The translations under genes and the position numbers were made by a program. The notes under the pieces were generated by a model that did no database searches, was not told where the DNA came from, and saw only the letters and a list, made by a program, of their open reading frames with translations. 64,000 nt of DNA from contig OU015566.1 of the NCBI GenBank assembly GCA_907165135.1, forward strand, positions 11,594,001 to 11,658,000, written 5' to 3'. The stretch comes from Oikopleura dioica (lineage: Eukaryota; Animalia; Chordata). This document shows positions 50,862-62,375 of the stretch, in pieces; positions within the stretch are counted from its first letter, which is position 1, and each line of letters starts with the position of its first letter.

Positions 50862-52122
50862 TCAAGCGGTAGGTTCAGCTTTGGACGTAGAGGGTTTGGA
50901 CTCTATCGTCTCAGCGGTTTCGCTTGTTTCAGTTTCTAGCTCGAGTCCGTCGCGGCGATCAAGCTCGTTGCCGCTAGAATCGTCCGATTCCGTTTCTTCA
51001 TCGTCCCCAAGCCACTGTTCCCTGATTTTCTCATATTTCTCCAAGTTTTTCTCGTATTTTTCACGAAGCTTCATTTTCGCTTCGAACTCTTCGGATTCGT
51101 ATTTTTCGTTGACCATCATTTCCATGATTTCTTTGTCGACTTCGAAGAGTTTTTGCTTGTTTCGTTGGCTCTTTTCTTTAGAAAATATTAGTATATCAAC
51201 GGCAAATATAATTTAACTCACCATGATTGCGAGATAGCCGATAAAGGATGGTCGCGTGTTCTTTATTCTCTGTCACAAGCTGCCTCAACTCTTCTTGCGC
51301 TGAATAAATCGATATCAATAAAGCGATAAAGATTGATCAAATTACCGATAGTGAGCTCCGTTAAAACCTCATTCTCATCGTCAATGTAGACCCCTGCTTT
51401 GGTCAATCTATCCTTCAAGTTCTCAGGCATTTCTATTTTCACCTCGACTCCTTGTTCTTTCAGCCCAGTTTTACACGCGTCCAGGAGCTTTTTCTGCAAG
51501 TTGGCTTCTTCAGCGCTTGAATCTCGATTTTTCCTGCGATTTGACTGGCGAGGAGGGCGCTGGAAGACGGTCTTGTCGAATTGGGCATCGAGGATATCGG
51601 TGATGGATTTTTTCGCTTCTGGCTGGATTGGGCCCGACAATCCTCGGAGCATCATTGACCAAAACTCGTCCGATTCTAGAGAGAGTCTCAAAAGTGTTCA
51701 CTCTTTTCGATTACCAATTGGTTTAGGCGGCAATGGAAGAGGAGCCGGTGCTTCAGCGCGCTTACGCTTCGCTTCTATCGCTGCCTCTAGAATCTTGCTT
51801 TGTCTTCGTTTGGGGACGAATCTCTTCGCTGCGCGATGCTTTTTGATGTTTGTATCGATCTCTGGATCTACCAGGAGCTTGGATTCGGATGTGAGTGATC
51901 TGAGACGCACGCTGGCACTGAGGAGGAGTAATTCTAGCTCAGATTGAACGGCCTACAGTAGAGTTAGGATAGAACGGAATGATAGAAATAAGACAAGACC
52001 TCAAGATGTGAGTTGCGCTTTGGAACATCTTCTTGATTCGTTGTAAGAAGTGAGGTAAAGCGGGGTCCTGGCTTTTCAAGCTGGTACTCGGGAAACTCGG
52101 CCATTTTCCGATCCTTTCGCAT
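50862..52122 (-). CDS. TADA3: Transcriptional adaptor 3 (SAGA/ATAC HAT module)
   Basis: PRFTSLL..LEAVQSELELLLLSASVRLRSLTSESKLL, EFWSMM and ENEVLTELTIAQEELRQL..DKEIMEM match the ADA3 N-terminal, NRFWAS and C-terminal coiled-coil blocks. Start at 52122 or 52104. Confidence 0.85.
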
Positions 52123-53165
52123 GCAAGTCTAAAGCGGTTTTGAAGAGTAAACTTGACTTCAGAGTTTCATAACCGAGAAAATCCCACACATCAAGATCCC
52201 GTTCTTAACCCCTATATAGAAGAAATGGCCAAAGAGTTCAAATTTTTACTCGATAAGTTTTTTTTTCATAATAACTTATTTAAATACAGTTCCTGAGTTT
52301 TTAACAACAGTCTGAGAAAGAGAGCTGGAGCATCCCGATTCGGGATTCCCGAATTGCGAAAAGAAAGAAGATCCTTTTTCGAGAAAATAGGAGATATGGA
52401 AATTTGAAAAGGGCCTCACGAGCGTTTTTGATTGGCTGGAGAGACTCGTTAAGCTTTCTTATTCGCTTAGAAGTATGCGGAAAGCGTAAATGCAACTACT
52501 TTATAACTCGACCTTTTTCCTCCCTTTTTTGAGACAGTTTATGCTTCCTCTTGATTGGACATAGCATTTCTCATTATTTTCATAATTAACAAATTATAAT
52601 TCAACATCGGAAAAGAATGTTTGTAATACAGAAATTAAACAGCGATGTTACGATTTATCGAAAGATGAAAGTAGTTTTTTGTTCAATATTTGCAGCAATA
52701 TGATTTACTGTAAGTCGTCTTATGCTGTGTTGTTTGTACCGCATAAACTACAGTAAACTTAATAATAGTTCGTTAACGCGCAATACAGTAGTTGAAATTG
52801 TATGTAAAGTAAAAATGAAAGGTAAGCTTGGAATTAATTGGAAAAGAAAAGAAAACTAAAACTATTATTTTGGTTGTAATTCAGTTGTAAATAAAGGAAT
52901 AAAGAAAAACTAGGGTAACAGACTTAACAGTTACTTTTGTAGTTGTGAAGACTGTCGGTGAAGGAGATAAAGGATATTATTCTAGAGTGGATTCATGAGC
53001 TGGCTGATTCATTTCAAACTTTTGAACTTCTGTTTTTCGAGTCTCGCCAGAGCAATAAATTCGCATTTTTTGGTCGAAATGGAGTAATGGGAAATTTAAA
53101 TTTTAAAATTCCGATGTGTGTTGCATGGGTTGAGAAACAGGAAAGAGGACTGATCAAGATGGGGA

Positions 53166-56142
53166 CTACTTGAGGTATTTTTTGAAGATTTCGTCGCGAG
53201 CACGCTCCGAGAGACTCCTGTCGCTTTCAAGGCAAAACAGCAGGTCGCGGATTTTGACACGGCATGTTCGCACAGGCCTGTTGCTAGAGGTGTTCACGGT
53301 CGTCGATGAGGACTGAAAATGGAGTCAATAAGAGGCTTGGAAATCAAGGAGGACTACCGCAACGTTCCGCGGCCTTCTGCGGGACGCTTCTAAGGCAGTT
53401 TCGTCAGCTTGCTTAAGTTGCTGTTCATCTTGAAGCTGTTGCTGCTTCAGCTTCGCTTCTTTCTTCTTTTTGTCGCGGTCTGGGTCATCATCTTTGCCCT
53501 TCCGCGATCTGAGCAATTTAGCACGTTGCTCTTGTTCAGCTTCATCCGCGTCCCGTTTTTCGATAACCATCAAATCTGAATTCCTCTTAGAAAAACATCA
53601 CAAAAAGAGCACCTACCAGAAATATACTTTAATCGGCTTTTTACATCGTTGAGCTTTTCTATATGCTCCGTTTCTTTAAACTGGATTGATCTATGAGAAG
53701 CGGCGTGAATCGCCTTGGAAATTATCGTTTTTATGTGATCTTCAAGGGCAAGGCCCATGAGTCGCGCGCCGTCCGGAGTCACTCGTTGGATCCCACCGGC
53801 TTTGCTTGCCGCCTGGCCGACAAGCTTGTGCAGAACTAAAAAGCTGGTGAAGATTCGACAAAATATGAATTTGACAATTCAACCAGTGGGTTAGATTTAT
53901 TCATGATCAGAGCTATTCTCCGAACTTACTTTGCTCATTGACGGAGACGGCTTTGTCCCCGCCGGGCGCGCTTCTGACTTCGCTTCCTACAACCGTAGAT
54001 GCATTGTTCAGATGCTCAGCTTCATTCGCCAAGTCGATCTGTGCCATACTGGCAACGTCCGTAATATCGTCGTCGCGAGCTTCATCTCGGTCCATCGACG
54101 TTATCTTCATCTACGTAAGTCTCTTTTTAGCGAAGAATCTCTCAAGAAAAGTTCACCTTGTTTGGCGGCTCTCCGGGAAGACGGCCGACAGGTTGGCCTG
54201 GCCTAACGCGGTTTGGCATGTTCCGCGGAAGGCGGATTTGAGGATGATTCGGTCGTACTACATTGGTCGTGGGACCCGCGGCTAAAGAGAATAATTGTTA
54301 TTTCCTGTAGGAAATGTGCGAGTCATTGGAGCCCTTTTTACCCAGTACTTACGTCTGATAGCTCTGACGGGAGTGCCCGGTGGACCTCCCCCTTGGGGTA
54401 TTCGTACTTGCTGCACAGGTCGCACAGGACGAGGCTAGAATGAACAAGAGTTAAGACTTGTCGATGTGAAGAGCATCATACCCCGTTTTGTCGATTTTGA
54501 CCCGATTGTTGCATGGATCGGCGAAGCAGGGGCAGTGAGTTTTCAAGGAACGGAACAAGGTATGGCTAAATTAAAGCGTGAAAACAACGAAAAAGATACC
54601 ATTCATGCAAATAAAGTAAGTATCATGCAACATGCAACATGCAATTTTTTCACCGAAATATGGACACTTTGAAAGGTGTTTCCTGAAAAAATAGCTTTCA
54701 AATTGTCTATTTCATTTGTTTTTCATGCAATGGGGGATAGAACGAATCTTATGCGATAAATTTTCGGCTCTTAAAATTTCTTTGTGGCTGATTACCGACA
54801 CGTCCTCGATTTTGTATCGCCAAGTATAATTATCGCCCTATTAATTGTCATATAATCATTCCCAGTATTGTGACTGTGTCTCTCTATTTTGTTCCTTTTA
54901 ACAATCAACAAAACCATTTTGCAAATCAAAGAAATGCGATCAGAAGCAGAATCCTGTCTCACCGCATTCGCATCTTTCTTTGCATCTGACTATATGAAAT
55001 AATAAGGGGCAATTTCAATAAGGGATAATTGGAGATAATTGAAGCTCATTCCGAAGATAAATGATTGGAAGTGATGTTGATTATTATATTACGGGCTCCG
55101 GAAGTACGAAATTCTTTTCTTTGCAGAACTGTTCTACAACCTGGGGGCTGGATTGTAGCTCGGTTTGGAGACGCTCTGTGAATACTTGGGCAGTAATCCG
55201 ATCATCAATGAGCCGCTGGACTAGGTCACGCACATTCGTGACTACTTCTTTTTTATCATTTGTCGAATTGCGCTTTTACGGAGGTCAAGAAAGAAACTTG
55301 AAGGAGATAAGCTGAATTTTGAAGTTTGAATCCGTTCCTGTGCAAGTTGAATAAGCGTCATAAGGAAATTCTTGCACTTGTGAACATTTTTCTGCTCTTC
55401 TTCGGTGAGGGGAGGCGCTGGTTGCCCACCTCCCGCCGGGGCGCCAGGAGCAATTGGTCGGGGCTGACGAGGCGTGATCATTCTTGGTCCTCCTGGAGCT
55501 CCTCCAACAGGAGCGGGACTCTGAATTTCGTAGAATTGAGTCAATTCTTCGTCAAACTTACCGATAAAACAACCTGTCGGATTCCAGGGCGAATATGCGC
55601 CGGGGTTCCGACAGGTCTCACCGCCTGCTGCTGACCCGGCTGTTGAACAACTTGACCGAGGGGTTGTTGCTGCTGTTGCGGCTGGGAAATCTGAGGTTGC
55701 GGCTAGAAATTTAGGTTGAAAAGGGGAACGGAGTTGATTGAGGAATCACCATGATTTGTCTGATATTGGGTTGACTATTTTCTACTTTGAGAATCGGCTG
55801 CACCGGCTGAGGCTGATGGTGCACGGATGTGATTACTTGTGCGCCTTGTGAGTGGGGCACCACCGTGCTGTGCCCGTCACCAAGAACCCCGTTGATCATT
55901 TGAGGTTGAAAAGGCTAGTAACACCGATAAATGAAGTCCAGCGATGGAAAACATCGCGGTAGAACACAAACCTCCTCTTTGATAGTCGTTACTTCCGGCT
56001 TAATGACATCGGACTTGACGCCTTGGACATCAGGGAGCAGATTTTGATCCGAAAACGACTCTGTAACGACGCTGTTTGGATTGACGAGACTTCCGTTCAA
56101 CGGGCCACCTCCTGGTGGTGGTCCTGGGATACCTGACATCAT
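53166..56142 (-). CDS. TAF4: TFIID subunit 4
   Basis: Q/P-rich N-terminus; TAFH domain (NVHKCKNFLMTLIQLA|..SSPQ|PYLVPFL); histone-fold region; C-terminal RVKIRDLLFCLESDR..KYLK*. Confidence 0.95.
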
Positions 56143-56316
56143 CGGTTTCTTAGCTCATACTAAACCCAATAGAAGAAAATTAGACCGGAAGCTTTTTGTA
56201 TGAAAATATCTATTTTACTGGTAGAAAAGAAGAAAATTGGGCTACTAAATATACAAAAACAGCTGATAAACATTGAAGGATAGACAGAAGAATGGCAAGG
56301 AAGAATCCAAGAAGAA

Positions 56317-57423
56317 CTAGTCTTTAAATTCCCATAGATCTTCCAGCGTAACGCCGTCCGGAAGTTTCTGGAAAAGCAGTCCTAAATCTTCATTGAATTC
56401 TGTTTCCTCGATCTCTTCCGCACTGCCATAAATGAGTCTGGGATCGAGGGTTGACTTGGTGATCTCGACGTCTTCGTCAAAGGTCCCTTCTGATAAATTC
56501 GTCTGTTTTACTTTTTGTTCACGAACGCCGAATTCTGGAGCGGCAATATGCGCTTTGAAGAGCTAAAAACGAACTGACTAAAGGCTCTTCGAAATTATGA
56601 AAAAAACCTGAGCTGCTTGTTTTGCCACTTCCCGCATTTTTTCTTCAGGATCTATTCGGAATCCAAGCGTGTATTTTCCACTAGCAGGGGTTGATTTGAC
56701 CACGAAGGCAACGCCGAACTTGGAAGGGCTGATCTTGACGACTTCCATTTGACACCAGGGCATGGAAACATTGTGCATGCGATTATTCTCCGCATACCAA
56801 ATTAACCGAACAGTCGTGAAAATAAACGAGCCTAGATTTCCCTGGTCAGCGCTGAGATTCCAAACGCCTGGCACTTCTTGGTACACTCGCTCGTGGTCCA
56901 GAAGTTTAAAGTTGTTCTTTTCAAAGAGAACGGAACGGAGATTCACTTCGCGGTAGAACATACTCGTTCGATAGGCGAACAAGATCTTTTGAATTGTATC
57001 GAAGAGGCGGGAGTCGCGAACATTGCTCGTTCCTTCCGGATTTTTAGGCTCGACGCATGTGAAAATAAACTACAAAACAACAGATAGAAACAACGAATTC
57101 CATATTTTTATTACTTCATATCTTGTGGAAGGCCCTCTAGCAGTAATATGCAACGCTGTTATGACTCCTCTAAGCTTCGATTGCGTATTTTTCTTCGTCA
57201 CATCAACTACGCTTTTGAAACCGATGGACAAATTCAAAGAACTGGTTCTGGGAGTGACCCAGATCACTCTTAGGTTTGAAATCTTCAATATTCCTCGCAT
57301 TCCGTTGTTGCCTTTCGTGTCTTCCACTGGATTGAATGTCGCTAGAATTTCCTCGCCAGGGCGTTCTTTGAGCTCTTCTGGCTCGATGTCGAACCGAACC
57401 TCGCGATCTTGCCAAAGTAGCAT
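56317..57423 (-). CDS. BBS5: Bardet-Biedl syndrome 5 (BBSome subunit)
   Basis: LWQDREVRFD, VEDTKGNNG, GVWNLSADQGNLG, SKFG, YTLGFRIDP, TLEDLW. Confidence 0.97.
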
Positions 57424-57565
57424 TCTAGTAGATTATATTCAAAGAGTTCTTTCGAAGATAAACGATGTTAAATGAGTAGCAGTGGAGTGTGTGATACTAT
57501 ATCAGTTAGGGTTGGACATATTTTGGCGCCCAGCCGGCAGCTAAATCAGTCTAGTAGACGTCAGC

Positions 57566-57965
57566 CTAGTTGGATTTGAGATCTCCCCAAAGAGATCGGC
57601 GGACGAGGGGCAGTGTGTCTTCAAGGAAGGGGACAAGGAATGGCTTAACATGAGTTAATGGACAACAGATCTGTTCTATAACCTTTGGGGAGCAGTTAAG
57701 CTCGATTTGGAGACGCTCTTCGAATGTTTCGGCAGAAATACGATCATCGACGAGTTCCTTGACAAGATTTTTGACTTCTTCTTTCTTGCCATCGCGCTTT
57801 TTCAGGGGTCAAAAAAGATACTCAAGTGTATAGTGACTAGTCAGATTTCTTTTCTTGAATCCATTCCTCTGCTAGTTGAATCATTGTCATAAGGAAGTTC
57901 TTGCACTTGTGAAGATCTTTTTGCTCTTCTTCAGTGATGTTCGGTTTTTCTCCGGGGCCAGCCAT
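57566..57965 (-). CDS. 96-aa stand-alone TAFH (NHR1)-domain protein, partial paralogue of the neighbouring TAF4
   Basis: Exons 57965-57867, 57796-57683, 57643-57566: MAGPGEKPNITEEEQKDLHKCKNFLMTMIQLAE|RDGKKEEVKNLVKELVDDRISAETFEERLQIELNCSPK|PFLVPFLEDTLPLVRRSLWGDLKSN*. Both introns sit at the same positions as in TAF4. Confidence 0.88.
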
Positions 57966-58020
57966 TCTAAAACCTCTTTTTTGAGAGTCTTTTCAAATTA
58001 AATATGTTTTAAAATCATTG

Positions 58021-58656
58021 TCAGCAAGGTTTAGTTCCATATTTAGCTGCCCAGCCAGCAACTTTATGAGAAACAGGTGTTGTCATTCTCCAAGGATCCG
58101 TCGCTCCAAGATGCATTTTTCTGTCGAAATATCTATCAAGCCGAGTAAAGGGATCTGCTGGAATTCTTCGTGTGTCGATAACTCGCCATTTTTCATCTTA
58201 TTTGGGAGTAGAGATGGTTTTCTTGAAAATAAAATTACCTTGATGTCTATTTTTATCTTCCTTGTCGAGCTTTGACTCCTTGTTCCAGTGACTTTGGCCG
58301 AATGGGTATTTATCCGCGTTATAAATCCAATTGTGTGTCGGGTAGACAGAGCAGACAATCGCTGGTCGACCACTTACCTTCAAGAGAAATTAGGAAGAAG
58401 AGTAGGTTTGTCTATTTACAGTTGATTCTTTGCACCAGGGACACTTTTTCGCCGATTTGATGTCCGTGTGACCCTTTCCTTTGTGGTTGATCATTCCGGG
58501 CTCGCGGCCGGTGTATTCCTCGGCCGTAATGGGCGTTTTATGCTGTCTGGGCACGCGCTTGGCTGGACGCGCGACGAAATCGATCGGCTCACGCGTTGCC
58601 AGTAATTTTTGCGTTTGGCAAAGCTCGCGACGCGCTAGTCGGATCATCCCGCTCAT
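58021..58656 (-). CDS. MRPL36: Mitochondrial ribosomal protein bL36m-like with N- and C-terminal extensions
   Basis: Basic presequence-like start; CPWC-x12-C-x5-H (CPWCKESTVSGRPAIVCSVYPTH), the bL36 zinc-ribbon spacing with conserved GR and PxH; 3 exons. Confidence 0.7.
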
Positions 58657-59438
58657 TCTTTTGAAAAAAAAAGCTATTTTCACGAAAATTTCTATGAAAT
58701 ATTAGAACATATATTAGAAAAAGGCACACTGTGTTGTGAAGCAAACACCAGGACAGTTAACGATTTTGAGTTCCACAGAGCGTTTCGATTATAAAACAAA
58801 TCATCGAAGCATTAAATTTTCAGCCAAACAGATTGCTTGAAAATCATCAAATAAAAAGTGCAGAACAAAAGGCATCTGATTGGCTAAAAATTAGAACTCT
58901 CTTTAGTTTTTGCAACGGAAAGACTGTTTTTAAAAGGAAATTACCCTGTAGAATTTTGAAAAAAAGACGAAATTGAAGATTGAAAACATTTGTATCGCGT
59001 TAAGAAAACGCTGGAAGGAAACAATTAATTCGGACAGTGAAAATTCGGATTCGAAAATCGGCAATTATCGGTTTTGGACTTTGAGATTTCTTTTTTTATA
59101 TGCAGGGAGAACTGATCTTGGAATTTTTTTCAGGAACACGATTATTATTTTGGAACTTCTGGTCATCACAATGGTAGAAGTAAAGGTTTAAACTTGGCAC
59201 AGCTGGGTATTTTATTCTTGTTACTTTGATTATTCAATTTTCGAAAGAAGTGTTTGAGAATTGATAACTATCTTTCTTTGTCTACTAGACTTTCAAGACA
59301 TAAGATTTTATTGTTTTTTGTAAAAGGTTTTGTTGAATTAGTTTTGTAGCGAGGTAAATAAACAGGTTCTGGTTAAATAGGGTTTTTGGTACGGAAGCCA
59401 TATGGATACAGAAAAGCGGTTAACAGTAACTATGGGCA

Positions 59439-60219
59439 CTAGCGCTGCTCTAGAATCTTATTAGCTCGCTCGTTGGCCCCGTCGATGCGTCCGTGGTTCA
59501 TTTCGGCTTTGCCCGTGATGCGGCCAATCTGCTCGTTCTGCTTCTCCAGCTCGCCGCCCATGTCGATTGCCATGTTTTTGAGGTTTCCGATCAGCGCTCC
59601 GACCTGAAAATACGGGTTAATCGGGCAGCCCTCACTCTTACTGTAAAAACTTACATGATTGAGGTTCTGTTCCATTTCGTCTTCTCGCTCGTCGTTGTAA
59701 TATCGCTTCACGGAAATTGTGTTTCCAGGATTCTAAAAATAATTATTAGATGCAATGAGCTTCTTCAATTTGAGTCTGTTACTGATCCTGGTCAACTTAC
59801 AGCGAGTCCTTCAGAATTGTTCTTATTCGGCTGCTCTGTGACTGGAGACGATTCTTTTCCACTCTTTCCTCCGTTCCAGGTCTTTTTGTATTTTTCGCTA
59901 GACTCGAAATTCACTGCCTAAAGGATCGGATACAGAAGAATAAATCGACATTTTCCCTAACCTTTCTCCAAGGACAGATGCAGCATCCGCAGCATTTCTC
60001 CAAATTCGTCAGTTGTTCTTCGGCTTTCTTCATGTCATTATTGATTTGGTCCATGCCTTCTTCGATTCTATTCAGCTGCTCGCCCTGTTCGTCGAGCATC
60101 ACCAGCGTGTTGACTCCCGCGTCGGCTGCGTCCTCCATCATCGTTCGCATTCGACGGGTTGCGTCGACCGACTCGTTTGTCGCCTTGTTCGCCCGATCGT
60201 TCATTGCCTGCTGATCCAT
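59439..60219 (-). CDS. SNAP25: SNAP-25 family Qbc SNARE
   Basis: [32 protein letters not shown]; [31 protein letters not shown]. Confidence 0.95.
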
Positions 60220-61033
60220 TCTAGATGCAAAGAAACGGTCAATTCAACAGGTAACAAGAGAAACTTTGAATAAATGCGGTGTGTTGCTAAATGCTTTCCT
60301 TTCTTACGTTTTCATTAGGTTAAACATGATTCTTTTTGCTAACTATGGATTTCAAGAGAAGCTTGACACAAGTAAAATTTATTCTAGAGACATGATAAAT
60401 GACTTACATCAAGTTTGGGGAGAATTAAAACTGAAGTATTCGTAAATTAACTGTCTCTTTTGTAGAAAGTGCAACTTGTATTTTCTTCGAAACTAAAAAA
60501 AATCTATATTTGAGCGTATGTTCAAATGTCGAATTAGTCTATTTTTCGTACAAATAGCAATTTGCGATTAATCTTTATGCTCGGCTTACGAATTGAGTAC
60601 AGAGTTACTCAGACGACAAATTTGAAAAATTTTACGATGCGATGATTCATCCTTTCATTACTGTTATCTTGCCTTCTGTTTTCTATTTGTGTGTGTTCAG
60701 CGTGACGAATAGCTGGACAATGATCACTTTCGAAGTTTTAGAATTTCAGATATTTTTTATTCTTATGCAAAAGAGAAACTGATACACAAGTTTGAATATT
60801 GTAGTATTATTATATTGAGTTTATGTACGTATATTGTTATATGGCAAGAATCTCGGTGGTATTGGTGAGAAGAAGAAGTCCAAAATTGTTCATCTTCAAG
60901 CATCATTTTAGCGAGCTCGTTGAAAACAAACAACTACTGTAATTGATTTGGTTTTTGGTGGTGCTTTTGGGCAGAGAATACAGAAATAAAGAAGATATTT
61001 TAAATATTGAATTAGAGCGAAATTGATACGATT

Positions 61034-62010
61034 TTAGACGGGGTTCGCACTGAGGGCCTTGTTGTACTGTTCCATCATTTTGTTCCACTCTTCGTCGGAT
61101 TGCGCGTTCATCATGTCGTCGACCTTTGAGCCGACGGCTTCCTGTCGAGCTGCGATAGGGTCAGCTGCGGCTACTGGTGCGGCTGGAACGCCAACAGCGG
61201 CTGGAACTCCAACAGCTGCTGGAGCAGCGTAAGCCGCAGGAGCAGCGGGTGCGGCAGGAACAGCAGCGGCTACTGGAGCGGCGGGAGCAACATAAGCTGG
61301 AACAGCAGCGGGAGCCGCAGGAACTGCAGCGGGAGCCGCAGGAACAGCGGCGGCTACTGGTGCTGCGGGAGCCTCAGGAGCCATCGCTTGCTCAAGGGAA
61401 ATCTCACCGCGGAGAATACGGCCTCTGAGAACTTGAACAGCTTCGTACTCTTCCATCATCGCCGCCCATTCCTAATTATAATGATCAGATTAAGATGACA
61501 TTTTTACGATCGGGGTTTTTCCAATCTTTTTTTCTCAACTACGGATCTTAAGGCTCATAAAAGAATTCTGATTGAGTTCATTATGATAAAATATTCTTGG
61601 GTGGCCGATTAAATGCGACTTTCATGTTTATATGTGGTTTTATGGGTCGTTTACATTTTTCTTCTCTCCAAATGACCCATTTGAAATGAGAGAAACTAAT
61701 GAAATCATAGAGGACTTACAATTATAGTTTCTAAGTTGCATATTTTTTTTTACGAAGAAACATAAACTAATTCGTAAAAGATATTCAAAGAATAAGAAAA
61801 TTATTTATTGGAAAATCCGTCATTTATCGAATTCTATCGATGAGCTAAAATCCTAATAGGGTTTAAAAATCTGCTGCTGCTGTATAAAAATGCAAATTGA
61901 ATGGCTTTAGCTACCTCATCAGTAGAAATCTGATCAATATCTGGCATTGGTGGAATATGCGTGAGCTCGACGGCCTTGGCAGCGGCGAAAACAAGTGCCC
62001 AACAGCGCAT
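61034..62010 (-). CDS. Secreted Ala/Pro/Val-rich protein (177 aa) with duplicated acidic motif
   Basis: Exon 62010-61915 (signal-like MRCWALVFAAAKA) spliced in phase 0 to 61471-61034; STDEEWAAMMEEYE and SDEEWNKMMEQYN flank a PAAP(V/A) repeat. Confidence 0.8.
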
Positions 62011-62375
62011 CTCTATAAGAATTGGGAAAAATACTAAAGCGTAAAAATGGTGCTGGTATTTGAGAGTCGACTAGATATGGCCGGTCGGAGCGCAGTCAGA
62101 GCACCGTAAAGTAGGCGGAGAGCCCTGCGCCAAGGCAGGTCGCGGGGCAAGCAGCTCCACCACTGAACCGCGCGTAGGTTTGGCTTGAAAATTGACCGCA
62201 AGCTGTGCACCGGACCATAGCAAATACAATTGACAATATGACACTTTTTTTGCAAGGAAAGACACGTAGCCTAAATTAAAGCGGAGAATTTGGACGGGGA
62301 TTGTTGCATGTTTATTATTTTGAGTATTCTTGATTAGCACAAAATAATTATCAAAAAAGGGATGAGCTTGTAGAA

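Noticed and set aside
50862-51691. Initial resemblance to CWC22 (YEK..acidic tract)
   Set aside because: Upstream exons match ADA3 blocks in the right order; the CWC22 similarity is compositional.
51399-51947. 182-aa plus-strand ORF
   Set aside because: Antisense shadow of TADA3 coding exons.
52301-53173. Open frames on both strands between TAF4 and TADA3
   Set aside because: Protein-like in places, but no consistent start, phase chain or homology; may be UTR.
59493-59921. 142-aa plus-strand ORF
   Set aside because: Antisense shadow of SNAP25 exons.
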